This document shows positions 1 through 8,127 of a stretch of DNA of 64,000 bases, piece by piece; positions within the stretch are counted from its first letter, which is position 1, and every line of letters begins with the position of its first letter. The notes under the pieces were generated by a model. That model made no database searches. It was not told the DNA's origin and saw nothing but the letters and a program-made list of their open reading frames with translations. The stretch is from an uncultured Bacteriovoracaceae bacterium (lineage in GTDB: Bacteria > Desulfobacterota > Desulfomonilia > UBA1062). A program made the position numbers and the translations under genes. The DNA lies in the NCBI GenBank assembly GCA_964600235.1, contig CAZRIV010000001.1, positions 286,727 through 350,726 on the forward strand, read 5' to 3'.

Positions 1-716
1 CCGGCTTTTTTCTCGTCACCTCCCGGGCTACTGCAAGAAACCTGGGGACATCTTTTATGCCTTCAATATACAGACCGATTGCCTTGGTCGCCTCGTCATC
101 GCCCAGGTACTCCAGGCAGTCGATGATGGTTATGTCCGCTTCATTGCCCACGCTGATGGCCTTGCTCAATACTATGCCGTTTTTTTGCAGGTAGGAGACC
201 ACCTGGGCGATATAGGTGCCGCTCTGGGATGCAAGCCCCAGCTTCCCGTTGTAATCCTGAATAGGACCCACGGTTATATTCAAAGGCAGGTGGGTATTTA
301 CTATACCGAGGCAGTTGGGACCGAGGAAGCGTATGCCGTACTGCTCAGCCTTTTCCAGCAGTACCTTTTCCAGCAAACGGCCGTCATCTCCCGTCTCCCT
401 GAAACCGGCGGAAACGATCATCAGGTGCTTTGTCCCTATTTTTCCAAATTCTTCAACCATTTCAGGGACAAGCCGGGTTGGAACCACGAGCACGCCCACA
501 TCGGGTGTATGGGGAAGATCGGCAATCCTTTCATATGCCCTTTTGCCGAGCACGACCTTCTCTTTCGGGTGTACCGGCAGCAATTCACCGGGAAAACCGT
601 TGGTTATGAGATTCAGAAACTGAATGGTGCCCATGGTGGTGAAGGTATTACTTGCCCCCACTATGGCTATGGAAGAGGGATTCATGAGTTTCGCAATAGG
701 ATTGTCCGGCATTTAT
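1..716 (-). CDS. ADP-forming acyl-CoA synthetase family protein, N-terminal CoA-binding domain (5' part only; gene continues beyond window start)
   Basis: Reverse-strand translation from the ATG at 714-716 (RBS AGGAGG 5 nt upstream) gives MPDNPIAKLMNPSSIAIVGASN...LLPVHPKEK...GPNCLGI... with no stop before position 1. This matches the CoA-binding fold of NDP-forming acyl-CoA synthetases. It is absent from the ORF track because it is open at the window edge. Confidence 0.6.
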
Positions 717-939
717 CCTCCTGATTTCATTTTTCCAACAAGTTCCAGGCGCATATGAGCGATTCTCGGCAATGCCGATTAAGTGAATACCATAAATTTG
801 CATGTAAAATCCACCTAACATCTCCTGCATGTGCATGATCAATCACCGGGAATATTTTCATAAGACCCCTTTTGTAAAGGCGAATCCGGCCGATGAGAAC
901 AGTGTTGGAATAGTCCAAATCAAGGATGAGGGACAGGAT

Positions 940-1659
940 ATGGGATATGCAATGAGCAGGATGTTCAATTCACCTCAGATACGCAGTTTCTTGATAATAT
1001 ATCTGTTTTCGATAGTCGGTTTCATTTCCATCATGGGTATATTCAGTTATTTTGACCCCTATCCCTTGAAAGATTGGATCCATTTGAGGATAGTGCTCCA
1101 GAAGGTCGGCATCTCCGGGGTGCTGCTGTTTATCTTCTGTGTGGCCACAATGCCCCTGGCCGCCCCCTTGAGCCTTCTCGTCATGGCCGGTTCATCGGTA
1201 TACGGCGCACCTTTAGGCATGGTACTTTCCTATATCGGATGCCTGATCAACGCCAATCTCGTATTCTTCCTGGTAAAGTCCATCGGCGTTGAACATGCAT
1301 GGGGCCAGGGGAAGAAAACCCGCAAGGTAAAGAGCGCCATCCAGGCCAACGGGTTCCCCTTACTACTGATCCTTCAAGTCATATCCGTACTGCCCTTTAC
1401 GGCAATAAATATAGCTGCAGCGGCTTCAGGCGTGGGCTGGCGGGATTTCATGAAGGCTACTGTCCTGGGTATAGTCCCCAGCATAGCCCTCTTTTCACTG
1501 CTTGGGCATATGGTCCTTACCCAGTTTTTCACCCCGCGTTTTTATCTCTCGCTCTTGTGTGCGGCCGTGTTTGTCATCGGGTTCATAGCCCTCATGAAAA
1601 AGCACGCCCAGTTCAGAAGCAAAGACATCGCGCAGGCAGTCGAGGAAAAAACTGCCTGA
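940..1659 (+). CDS. TVP38/TMEM64 (DedA-related) family membrane protein
   Basis: Multi-TM hydrophobic protein with family-like segments (LLFIFCVATMPLAAP..., GFPLLLILQVISVLPFT). The ATG at 940 is preferred over the ORF-track start at 829 because it has a GAGGG RBS; start uncertain. Confidence 0.55.
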   Translation: MGYAMSRMFNSPQIRSFLIIYLFSIVGFISIMGIFSYFDPYPLKDWIHLRIVLQKVGISGVLLFIFCVATMPLAAPLSLLVMAGSSVYGAPLGMVLSYIGCLINANLVFFLVKSIGVEHAWGQGKKTRKVKSAIQANGFPLLLILQVISVLPFTAINIAAAASGVGWRDFMKATVLGIVPSIALFSLLGHMVLTQFFTPRFYLSLLCAAVFVIGFIALMKKHAQFRSKDIAQAVEEKTA

Positions 1660-2256
1660 GAAATCGGGGTAATAGTCGAGAAGACCTTTTTGTAGGTTTT
1701 TCTGTGCCGCACCGAATACCTGTGAACAGAGGTCCCGATCCACTCGCAAGGGTATCACCCCCTGCATCAGGATAAAACCACCCTTCCTCGCCAGTGCCAG
1801 ACCCATTATCTTCCCGGCATCTATTACAAGCTCCGAAGGCGCTGGCCGGTCAAAGCATATGGGGGAAAAAACATGATCGCCGGAATTCAGATCGGCCCTT
1901 ATCCCGCAGCATTGAAACGCCTGATTGAATGCCACGGCAATAGTGCGTGAACAGTCTGAAATATTCCTGGGAAAGACCCCGTCCGCCTCTGAACTTATGC
2001 TGAAGGTGATATCGTCATAGTGAAGAACCGCACCTCCACCCGTTGGCCTGCGTATGAGAGGCAGTTCGGCATCACGATCATAAAAATCAAACTTCTTCTG
2101 GTGATATCCGATGGTTACTGCCGGTCTTTCCCAGTTGTACATGCGGAAAGCCCCTTTGATTGTTCCGGTTTTAACCGCCTCGAAGAGCTCGAGGTCTTTT
2201 GTCATGTTCTGTTGTGCCGGGCATTTCCCTTCATGCAGGAGCTGCCAGGTGATCAT
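1495..2256 (-). CDS. lipoate-protein ligase / octanoyltransferase family protein (LplA/LipM-like, BPL_LplA_LipB superfamily)
   Basis: RRPTGGGAVLHYDD matches the LplA RRSSGGGAVFHD motif, and the downstream KIMGLALARKGGFILMQG matches the catalytic Lys region. The 3' end overlaps the convergent membrane-protein gene by about 165 nt (1495-1659). Confidence 0.65.
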   Translation of the reverse strand: MITWQLLHEGKCPAQQNMTKDLELFEAVKTGTIKGAFRMYNWERPAVTIGYHQKKFDFYDRDAELPLIRRPTGGGAVLHYDDITFSISSEADGVFPRNISDCSRTIAVAFNQAFQCCGIRADLNSGDHVFSPICFDRPAPSELVIDAGKIMGLALARKGGFILMQGVIPLRVDRDLCSQVFGAAQKNLQKGLLDYYPDFSGSFFLDCLRDVFASELGVLFHEGYEPDDKHGRTQEREIKTRGEKLGKDHMPKQ

Positions 2257-2666
2257 AGCTCCTCGAGGATGAAGAGCTGGTCACCGTATCCCACCCGCTC
2301 GCCGTCACGTTTGAGTATCGCGGCAACGATCCCGTCCACATGTGATTCTATCTCATTCATGAGTTTCATGGCCTCGATGACGCACAGCACCTGGTTCTTG
2401 GCCACTCTATCCCCCACCTGGACATACGGGGCTGTCTCCGGTGACGGCGAGCGGTAGAATGAACCCACCAGGGGTGACGTTACCGTGACCGTATGTTTTT
2501 CCTTCATGCTTATGCTGGTTCGGTCATTATCCTGATGTTTCAAAGGGGGTGTTTCATACGGGGAGGATCTCCTGATAATATGGATACGCTCAGGAGTCCA
2601 TTCCAACTCGACTACGTCGGTATCCTTAATAAGTTCAATGAGATCCTTGACGTTCTTTATGTTCAT
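2253..2666 (-). CDS. accB: acetyl-CoA carboxylase biotin carboxyl carrier protein
   Basis: Biotinylation motif EAMKLMNEIE; the N-terminal MNIKNVKDLIELI plus a Pro/Ala-rich linker are typical of BCCP. 4-nt start/stop overlap with the downstream gene. Confidence 0.85.
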   Translation of the reverse strand: MNIKNVKDLIELIKDTDVVELEWTPERIHIIRRSSPYETPPLKHQDNDRTSISMKEKHTVTVTSPLVGSFYRSPSPETAPYVQVGDRVAKNQVLCVIEAMKLMNEIESHVDGIVAAILKRDGERVGYGDQLFILEEL

Positions 2667-3230
2667 TCAGCTTACTCTCTCGATGTAGCTGCCCGTCCTG
2701 GTATCTACCTTCACCACTTCTCCCGTGCTGACGAACAGGGGCACCTGGATCGTCACGCCGGTTTCGAGTTTTGCCGGCTTCGACCCCCCTGATGCAGTAT
2801 TGCCCTTCAACCCCGGATCCGTTTCCACAATCTGCAGGTTCATGAACATGGGGAGCTCGACGCCGATGGCCTTGCCATTATGCAGGAGAACCTCGACCTC
2901 GATGTTTTCCTTGAGATACCCCAAGGCATCTTCGATCTGATCCCTGGTAAGGGTCATCTGATCGTACGTCTGGGTGTCCATGAAACAGTAGCCCGATTCA
3001 TCCTCATAGAGGAAGGACATCTTCTTCTCCTCCAGGTCAGGGACATCCACCTTTTCACCGGAGCGGAAGGTCTTGTCCAGGACATTTCCCGTGATCAGGC
3101 TCTTCATCTTGGTCCTGACAAAAGCCCCGCCCTTGCCCGGTTTCACGTGCTGGAAGTCCACGATGGTAAAAGGCTCACCATCGATCTCGATCTTCAGGTT
3201 CTTTCTAAACTGTGCCGTCGAATACTGCAT
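2667..3230 (-). CDS. efp: elongation factor P
   Basis: 187 aa; the KPGKGGAFVRTKMK loop carrying the modified Lys and the overall EF-P length and pattern. Confidence 0.9.
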   Translation of the reverse strand: MQYSTAQFRKNLKIEIDGEPFTIVDFQHVKPGKGGAFVRTKMKSLITGNVLDKTFRSGEKVDVPDLEEKKMSFLYEDESGYCFMDTQTYDQMTLTRDQIEDALGYLKENIEVEVLLHNGKAIGVELPMFMNLQIVETDPGLKGNTASGGSKPAKLETGVTIQVPLFVSTGEVVKVDTRTGSYIERVS

Positions 3231-3242
3231 GGATACTCACCT

Positions 3243-4304
3243 CTAGCTGATATTTCGTATGCTCTCCTTATCAAGATTTGTGAGAATCTTGCAAGAATTA
3301 TCTGTTATGAGCGCCATGTCTTCAAGCCTGATGCCGAACCGGCCCGGCATATAGACACCCGGCTCTATGGTTATCACCATTCCTTCTTGAAGAAAATCGT
3401 CCGACATCGCCGATACGGAAGGTGATTCATGCACCTCCATGCCCACCCCGTGGCCGAGCCCGTGGCCGAAGAATGCACCGAGTCCATGCGATGAAAGACT
3501 GTCCCTGGCCATCCTGTCCACGTCAAGGGCCCTGATGCCCGGTGCCAGGGCCTTTATGGCGAGTTCCTGGGCCTCCTTGACCTTCCGGTATATTTCCTGA
3601 AAGTCGCCAGGCACGTCTCCGGTGGTGACGGTTAAGGTCTCGTCCGAGCAATATCCCTTATAGATGCACCCGAAATCGATTATTACCACCTCATTTTTGC
3701 CTATGACCCTGCTTGAAGCCGATCCGTGGGGCATTGCCGATCGCTCGCCGGAGGCGATGAGGAGATCGAACGATGTGGCGCTCGCCCCGTGGGTTCTCAT
3801 CTCCCACTCGAGTTCCAGGGCCACCTCGATTTCCTTCCGGCCTATGAGTCCCCGGGAAAGAACCCTCATCAGTGCCTCTTCAGATATGGTTGCCGCCTCC
3901 TGTATGCATTGTATCTCGGCTTGATCCTTAACGGCCCGAAGAGTCCTGAGCTGTGAGCCCAAAGGGGTCATCTCGATGCCTTTGTAAAGGGACTTCATCT
4001 TGATGAAGCTGTCTACATCCAGTATGTTGGACTCTATGCCAAGGGTCTTTACTCCCTCTTCCTGTAGGACGGCATATATGCCCTCCCACCGCCTGGATAT
4101 CTCATGGACGGATGCCAGCGTCTCCTGACTTGCCTGGAGGGTGTTGCGGGAGTCCACGAAAAGGAATTCCTTTTCTTCGGTATAGAGGTACACGGCGTCC
4201 GACCCTGTATAACCGCTTAGATACGTGATGCTGGGCCTTGATAACAGCAGGATGGCATCCAGGCCCTTCAGGTACTGCCGCGCCCTACTGAGCCTTCTTT
4301 CCAT
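3243..4304 (-). CDS. pepP: Xaa-Pro aminopeptidase, M24 family
   Basis: M24 metal-binding signature HGLGHGVGMEVHE and a creatinase-like N-terminal domain. The ORF-track start at 4331 would overlap aroQ; the internal M (MERRLSRARQYLKG) at 4304 is preferred. Confidence 0.8.
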   Translation of the reverse strand: MERRLSRARQYLKGLDAILLLSRPSITYLSGYTGSDAVYLYTEEKEFLFVDSRNTLQASQETLASVHEISRRWEGIYAVLQEEGVKTLGIESNILDVDSFIKMKSLYKGIEMTPLGSQLRTLRAVKDQAEIQCIQEAATISEEALMRVLSRGLIGRKEIEVALELEWEMRTHGASATSFDLLIASGERSAMPHGSASSRVIGKNEVVIIDFGCIYKGYCSDETLTVTTGDVPGDFQEIYRKVKEAQELAIKALAPGIRALDVDRMARDSLSSHGLGAFFGHGLGHGVGMEVHESPSVSAMSDDFLQEGMVITIEPGVYMPGRFGIRLEDMALITDNSCKILTNLDKESIRNIS

Positions 4305-4731
4305 AGAGCCCCCATATGGCCTCCACAGCAAGTTCGTAGCCCAGAGGACCCAAGCCGGTTATGCTTCCTGAAGCGATGTCGGAAAAATAATTGGTTTGCC
4401 TGAACCCTTCCCTGGCGGCAAGCTTGCTCAGATGTACCTCTATGAATGGCAGGCCCGCTGCAAGAAATGCATCTCTCAGGGCAATGGATGTGTGCGTGAA
4501 GCCTCCGGGGTTTACGATGAATGCGTTTATGCCCGAAGCAGGGGCCTTCTGGACCTTGTCGATAAGCTCGCCTTCGTGGTTCGACTGGAGGAATTCCACC
4601 TCGATGCCCACGGCGAGCGCCTTCCTCCTGACGAGACTCTCTATGTCACCAAGGGTGGTGGTGCCGTAAATGGACGTCTCCCTCTGGCCGAGCATGTTCA
4701 GATTGGGTCCGTTCACAACCAGGATCTTCAT
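4285..4731 (-). CDS. aroQ: 3-dehydroquinate dehydratase, type II
   Basis: 148 aa; MKILVVNGPNLNMLGQRE...HLSKLAARE is the classic type II DHQase pattern. Confidence 0.9.
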   Translation of the reverse strand: MKILVVNGPNLNMLGQRETSIYGTTTLGDIESLVRRKALAVGIEVEFLQSNHEGELIDKVQKAPASGINAFIVNPGGFTHTSIALRDAFLAAGLPFIEVHLSKLAAREGFRQTNYFSDIASGSITGLGPLGYELAVEAIWGLYGKKAQ

Positions 4732-5258
4732 TTTTTCAACCTTTCGAGCCAGCCCTGCAGGGTCCTCATGATGTAGAGGTCCTGCACATCACCGGCCTCA
4801 CGCCGGCACTCGTCGTCGAGTCCGTCCATCTTGTCCACCTGGGTATAAATGTCAAGGGCCTGCTCATAATGCCCCTGCTGCGCGTATATTTTCGCAAGGT
4901 CAAGGGAAGGCTCCTTCATGAGAACATCCGGTGCCTGGTGACTTTCAAGCAGATCCCGTGCCTCATCATCGTCGGGATAGAAGGCCAGGTATTTCTGCAG
5001 GCATTCTCTTGCCAGCGCTTCGTCCCCGCGTTTGTTGTGAATGATTGCGAGGTAATAGAATGACTTTATCAGGCCATCGGCCTGGTCCGCGATCTTGCCC
5101 AGGACATCCAGTGCATCGCCTTCCCTGCCGAGCTTGAGCAGCGATATTCCCAGCAGAAGCCTGTCCTCAGGATTTCTGCGATACTTGGCCGCCCGGACGA
5201 CATCCAGGAACCTGCCGTCTTCAAAGGCACTCTTCACATTCTCTGATAAACCTGCCAT
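4728..5258 (-). CDS. TPR-repeat protein
   Basis: Helical repeat pattern with Ala/Leu/Tyr periodicity; embedded in the aro operon with 4-nt and 38-nt overlaps to its neighbours. Confidence 0.5.
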   Translation of the reverse strand: MAGLSENVKSAFEDGRFLDVVRAAKYRRNPEDRLLLGISLLKLGREGDALDVLGKIADQADGLIKSFYYLAIIHNKRGDEALARECLQKYLAFYPDDDEARDLLESHQAPDVLMKEPSLDLAKIYAQQGHYEQALDIYTQVDKMDGLDDECRREAGDVQDLYIMRTLQGWLERLKK

Positions 5259-6780
5259 AAGCTCCTAATATTTGAGAACCAGTAAGCTTTTTAACGGTAA
5301 CATCACCGATTGCATGAGTCAACACAAAGTGAATCCCGTCTCCGGTTCCTTTCTTGTCCATGGTCAAGGCGCTGCCGATATCGTCGGGCCCGGGATAGTG
5401 GAGATCCTCCAGGGCATAGGTGTATTTCTTGATGAGCCTGAATATCCTCTCCATCTCTTTCATTTCGATAAGTCCGAGCTCGCGGGACAACCAGGCGGCA
5501 AAATACATGCCTGCGGCAACCGCCCTGCCGTGGCTTGCCTCATACCCCCTTGAAAGCTCAATGGCGTGCCCTATGGTGTGGCCGAAATTCAGGATCCTGC
5601 GCAGTCCGCCTTCCTGCTCGTCGCGGCTCACCACATAAGCCTTGTCGTATGCGCACCTGCTCACGATCTTATGATAATCCGGTTCAGAGGCCGCTTCAAG
5701 TTCTTCAAAGAGTTGCCTGTCCATGATGATCCCGTACTTTATGACCTCGGCCATGGCATCACGTATGTGTTCGGCATCGAGTGTATGAAGGAACCCGATA
5801 TCGCTCAGGACGAAAAGGGGCTGGTGAAAAGTCCCCACGAGATTTTTGCCCTGCTTGACGTCTATGGCGGTCTTTCCGCCGATACTCGAGTCCACCTGGG
5901 CGAGAAGCGTGGTGGGAACCTGCACAACAGGTATGCCCCGCATGAAAATGCTTGCCGCAAAGGCGGCCAGGTCGCCGGTTACCCCGCCGCCGATGGCCAT
6001 ACACACCCATTGTCTGTTCCCCCGGGCGGCAAACATGGAGTCCAGAAGCTTCTTCAGCGAGTCGAATGACTTGGAGGACTCTCCCGAAGGTATGGTGATC
6101 ATGTGGTGCTTCATCCCGGCCAGTGATGTGCGGACGAGTTTTCCATGGTGCATGTAAACCTGCTCATCCACCATGACCAGGACGCCTTCGGGATGGATGT
6201 GTCTCCTCAGGTATCTCCGGATATCAGGAAAGATGTTCTCTCCCATGTATACCGGGTATGGACATCCCGGCACCAGTACGGCGGTCTGTCCCGCAGGGGT
6301 GTGCAAATGGCCGGAGATCTCCTGAACGACATCATGGACGGACTTTTCATTCGTATCCACGATTATGTCTGCATCCTCGTATGCGGGTGTCCTTTCCAGG
6401 AGAAGGCTGCGGGCCTTTTCATTCCACAGGGGCCTCCCCGATTCCTCGGGGACCCTCTCTGCGAGATTCTCAAAGGAGGCCTTCAGAAACACGACAGTAC
6501 CGCAGGCCTTCATCAGCCTCCTGTTGTCCGGGTTTACCGGCAGGCCGCCCCCTGTTGCCACAACGGCATCCTCCCCCCTGAGGGCGACGTCCAGCAGGGC
6601 CTGGCGTTCCATGATCCTGAAGGCTGACTCGCCAGCACAGGCAAAGATCTCGTTTATGGAACTGCAGGACCTGGTGCTGATATATTCGTCGAGGTCGACA
6701 AACGGCCTTCCGAGCTGTTCTGCAAGCCTTCTGCCCGCAGTGGATTTGCCTGACCCCATGAATCCCGTGAGAAAGATCAC
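5221..6780 (-). CDS. aroKB: bifunctional shikimate kinase / 3-dehydroquinate synthase (AroK-AroB fusion)
   Basis: N-terminal Walker A GFMGSGKST plus a shikimate kinase fold of about 170 aa, then a DHQ synthase domain (GGGVTGDLAAFAAS..., NFGHTIGHAIE). 519 aa. Confidence 0.85.
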   Translation of the reverse strand: MIFLTGFMGSGKSTAGRRLAEQLGRPFVDLDEYISTRSCSSINEIFACAGESAFRIMERQALLDVALRGEDAVVATGGGLPVNPDNRRLMKACGTVVFLKASFENLAERVPEESGRPLWNEKARSLLLERTPAYEDADIIVDTNEKSVHDVVQEISGHLHTPAGQTAVLVPGCPYPVYMGENIFPDIRRYLRRHIHPEGVLVMVDEQVYMHHGKLVRTSLAGMKHHMITIPSGESSKSFDSLKKLLDSMFAARGNRQWVCMAIGGGVTGDLAAFAASIFMRGIPVVQVPTTLLAQVDSSIGGKTAIDVKQGKNLVGTFHQPLFVLSDIGFLHTLDAEHIRDAMAEVIKYGIIMDRQLFEELEAASEPDYHKIVSRCAYDKAYVVSRDEQEGGLRRILNFGHTIGHAIELSRGYEASHGRAVAAGMYFAAWLSRELGLIEMKEMERIFRLIKKYTYALEDLHYPGPDDIGSALTMDKKGTGDGIHFVLTHAIGDVTVKKLTGSQILGAYGRFIRECEECL

Positions 6781-7913
6781 ATGGCCTCCCAGAACTTCCT
6801 CTGCTCGTCAAAGGCCTTTTGCAGCGCCGCCATGTTCGGCTGGCCATACCCTGACAATACAGCGGATGAAACGGCGATGATGGCCATGGCCTCTCCCACG
6901 ACCGATGCGGCAGGAACGGCGCATACGTCCGAACGTTCATAGGCTGAGATATCTGCTGCACCACTGCGCATGTCATAGGTGGGCATGCCCTTCTTCAGGG
7001 TCGGGATGGGCTTCATGGTGCACCTGACCATGACGGGCTCGCCGTTTGTAACACCCCCCTCGAGCCCTCCCGCATTGTTGGAAGCCCTGCTTTTCGGCCT
7101 GGTGGGCAGAATGGGATCATGTACCTTGGATCCCGGCAATTCGCCGCATGCCACACCTGAGCCGATCTGTACGGCCTTTATGGCCGGTATGCTCATGAGG
7201 TGCATGGAAAGGAGCGCATCGAGGCGCTGATCCCATTGCGTATACGAGCCTATGCCGGCTGGAAGACCTTCCACGACCACGACAAACTCGCCACCGACGG
7301 AGTCTCCCTCGCGCTCAGCCTCGTCTATGACAAGCTCCATATCCCTTGTTGCCTTTTCATCCGGGCAAAACACGCTGGAGGCATCCCGCTTCTGCAGGCT
7401 GAACCCGCCGTCATAAGAGGATGGCCCGATCCTGGTCACCCACGCATGGGCCCTGATCCCGAGGCAGGAAAGGAAAGACCTGAGAAGCCCACCGGCCGCC
7501 ACCCTGCCAGCCGTCTCCCGGGCGCTGGACCTTTCGAGAACGTTTCTCAGGTCAGTATGCCTGAACCTGGCCGCTCCGGCCAGATCCGCATGTCCGGGTC
7601 TGGGCGTATGGAGTTCGCGCCCGGGCTTGATCCTCCAGGGGTCCATGTAATCCTTCCAGTTCTCAAAATCCCTGTTCCAGACGGCCATGAGCACCGGGCT
7701 TCCCAGGGTGAGCCCGCCCCTGATACCTGACAGGATATCTGCCGTGTCCTGCTCGATGGCCTGTCGTCCACCTCTGCCATACCCCTTCTGACGCCTTGCA
7801 AGATCGGCATTTATGGTATCTCTGTCCACCAGGAGTCCAGAAGGCAGACCGTCGAGAAAGGTGAAGGCACCCCTGCCGTGGGATTCGCCTGCCGTATAAA
7901 AAAGGAGCATCAA
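6777..7913 (-). CDS. aroC: chorismate synthase
   Basis: FYTAGESHG...GRSSARETA... signatures; 378 aa; 4-nt overlap with aroKB. Confidence 0.9.
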   Translation of the reverse strand: MMLLFYTAGESHGRGAFTFLDGLPSGLLVDRDTINADLARRQKGYGRGGRQAIEQDTADILSGIRGGLTLGSPVLMAVWNRDFENWKDYMDPWRIKPGRELHTPRPGHADLAGAARFRHTDLRNVLERSSARETAGRVAAGGLLRSFLSCLGIRAHAWVTRIGPSSYDGGFSLQKRDASSVFCPDEKATRDMELVIDEAEREGDSVGGEFVVVVEGLPAGIGSYTQWDQRLDALLSMHLMSIPAIKAVQIGSGVACGELPGSKVHDPILPTRPKSRASNNAGGLEGGVTNGEPVMVRCTMKPIPTLKKGMPTYDMRSGAADISAYERSDVCAVPAASVVGEAMAIIAVSSAVLSGYGQPNMAALQKAFDEQRKFWEAM

Positions 7914-8046
7914 ACCTCCAGACTTGTATTAATAAGGCGTGATTATGGTGGAATAGTTGAGCATTTGTCAACAGAGCGTAAGAAGGCACATGAAATACCC
8001 CTGCATGAGGGCTTCAGTCATTTTTTGAATATCAGGTGGATTTCTA

Positions 8047-8090
8047 CCCATTCAGGTCATGGATATTACGAGATCCATGAGCTGAATGGG
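8047..8090. other. 44-nt near-perfect nested hairpin in the btuB-aroC intergenic region (possible terminator or insulator)
   Basis: cccattcag-g-tcatggat-attacgag-atccatga-g-ctgaatggg forms a 9-bp plus 8-bp stem read directly from the sequence. There is no clear U-tract on either strand. Confidence 0.4.
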
Positions 8091-8127
8091 CAGGTTGTAT
8101 CCTCAGCAAGGCTGAACGGACATCGAT

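Noticed and set aside
185-724. 179-aa plus-strand ORF at the window start
   Set aside because: The opposite strand encodes a convincing CoA-binding acyl-CoA synthetase N-terminus with a strong RBS; the plus-strand frame is its antisense shadow.
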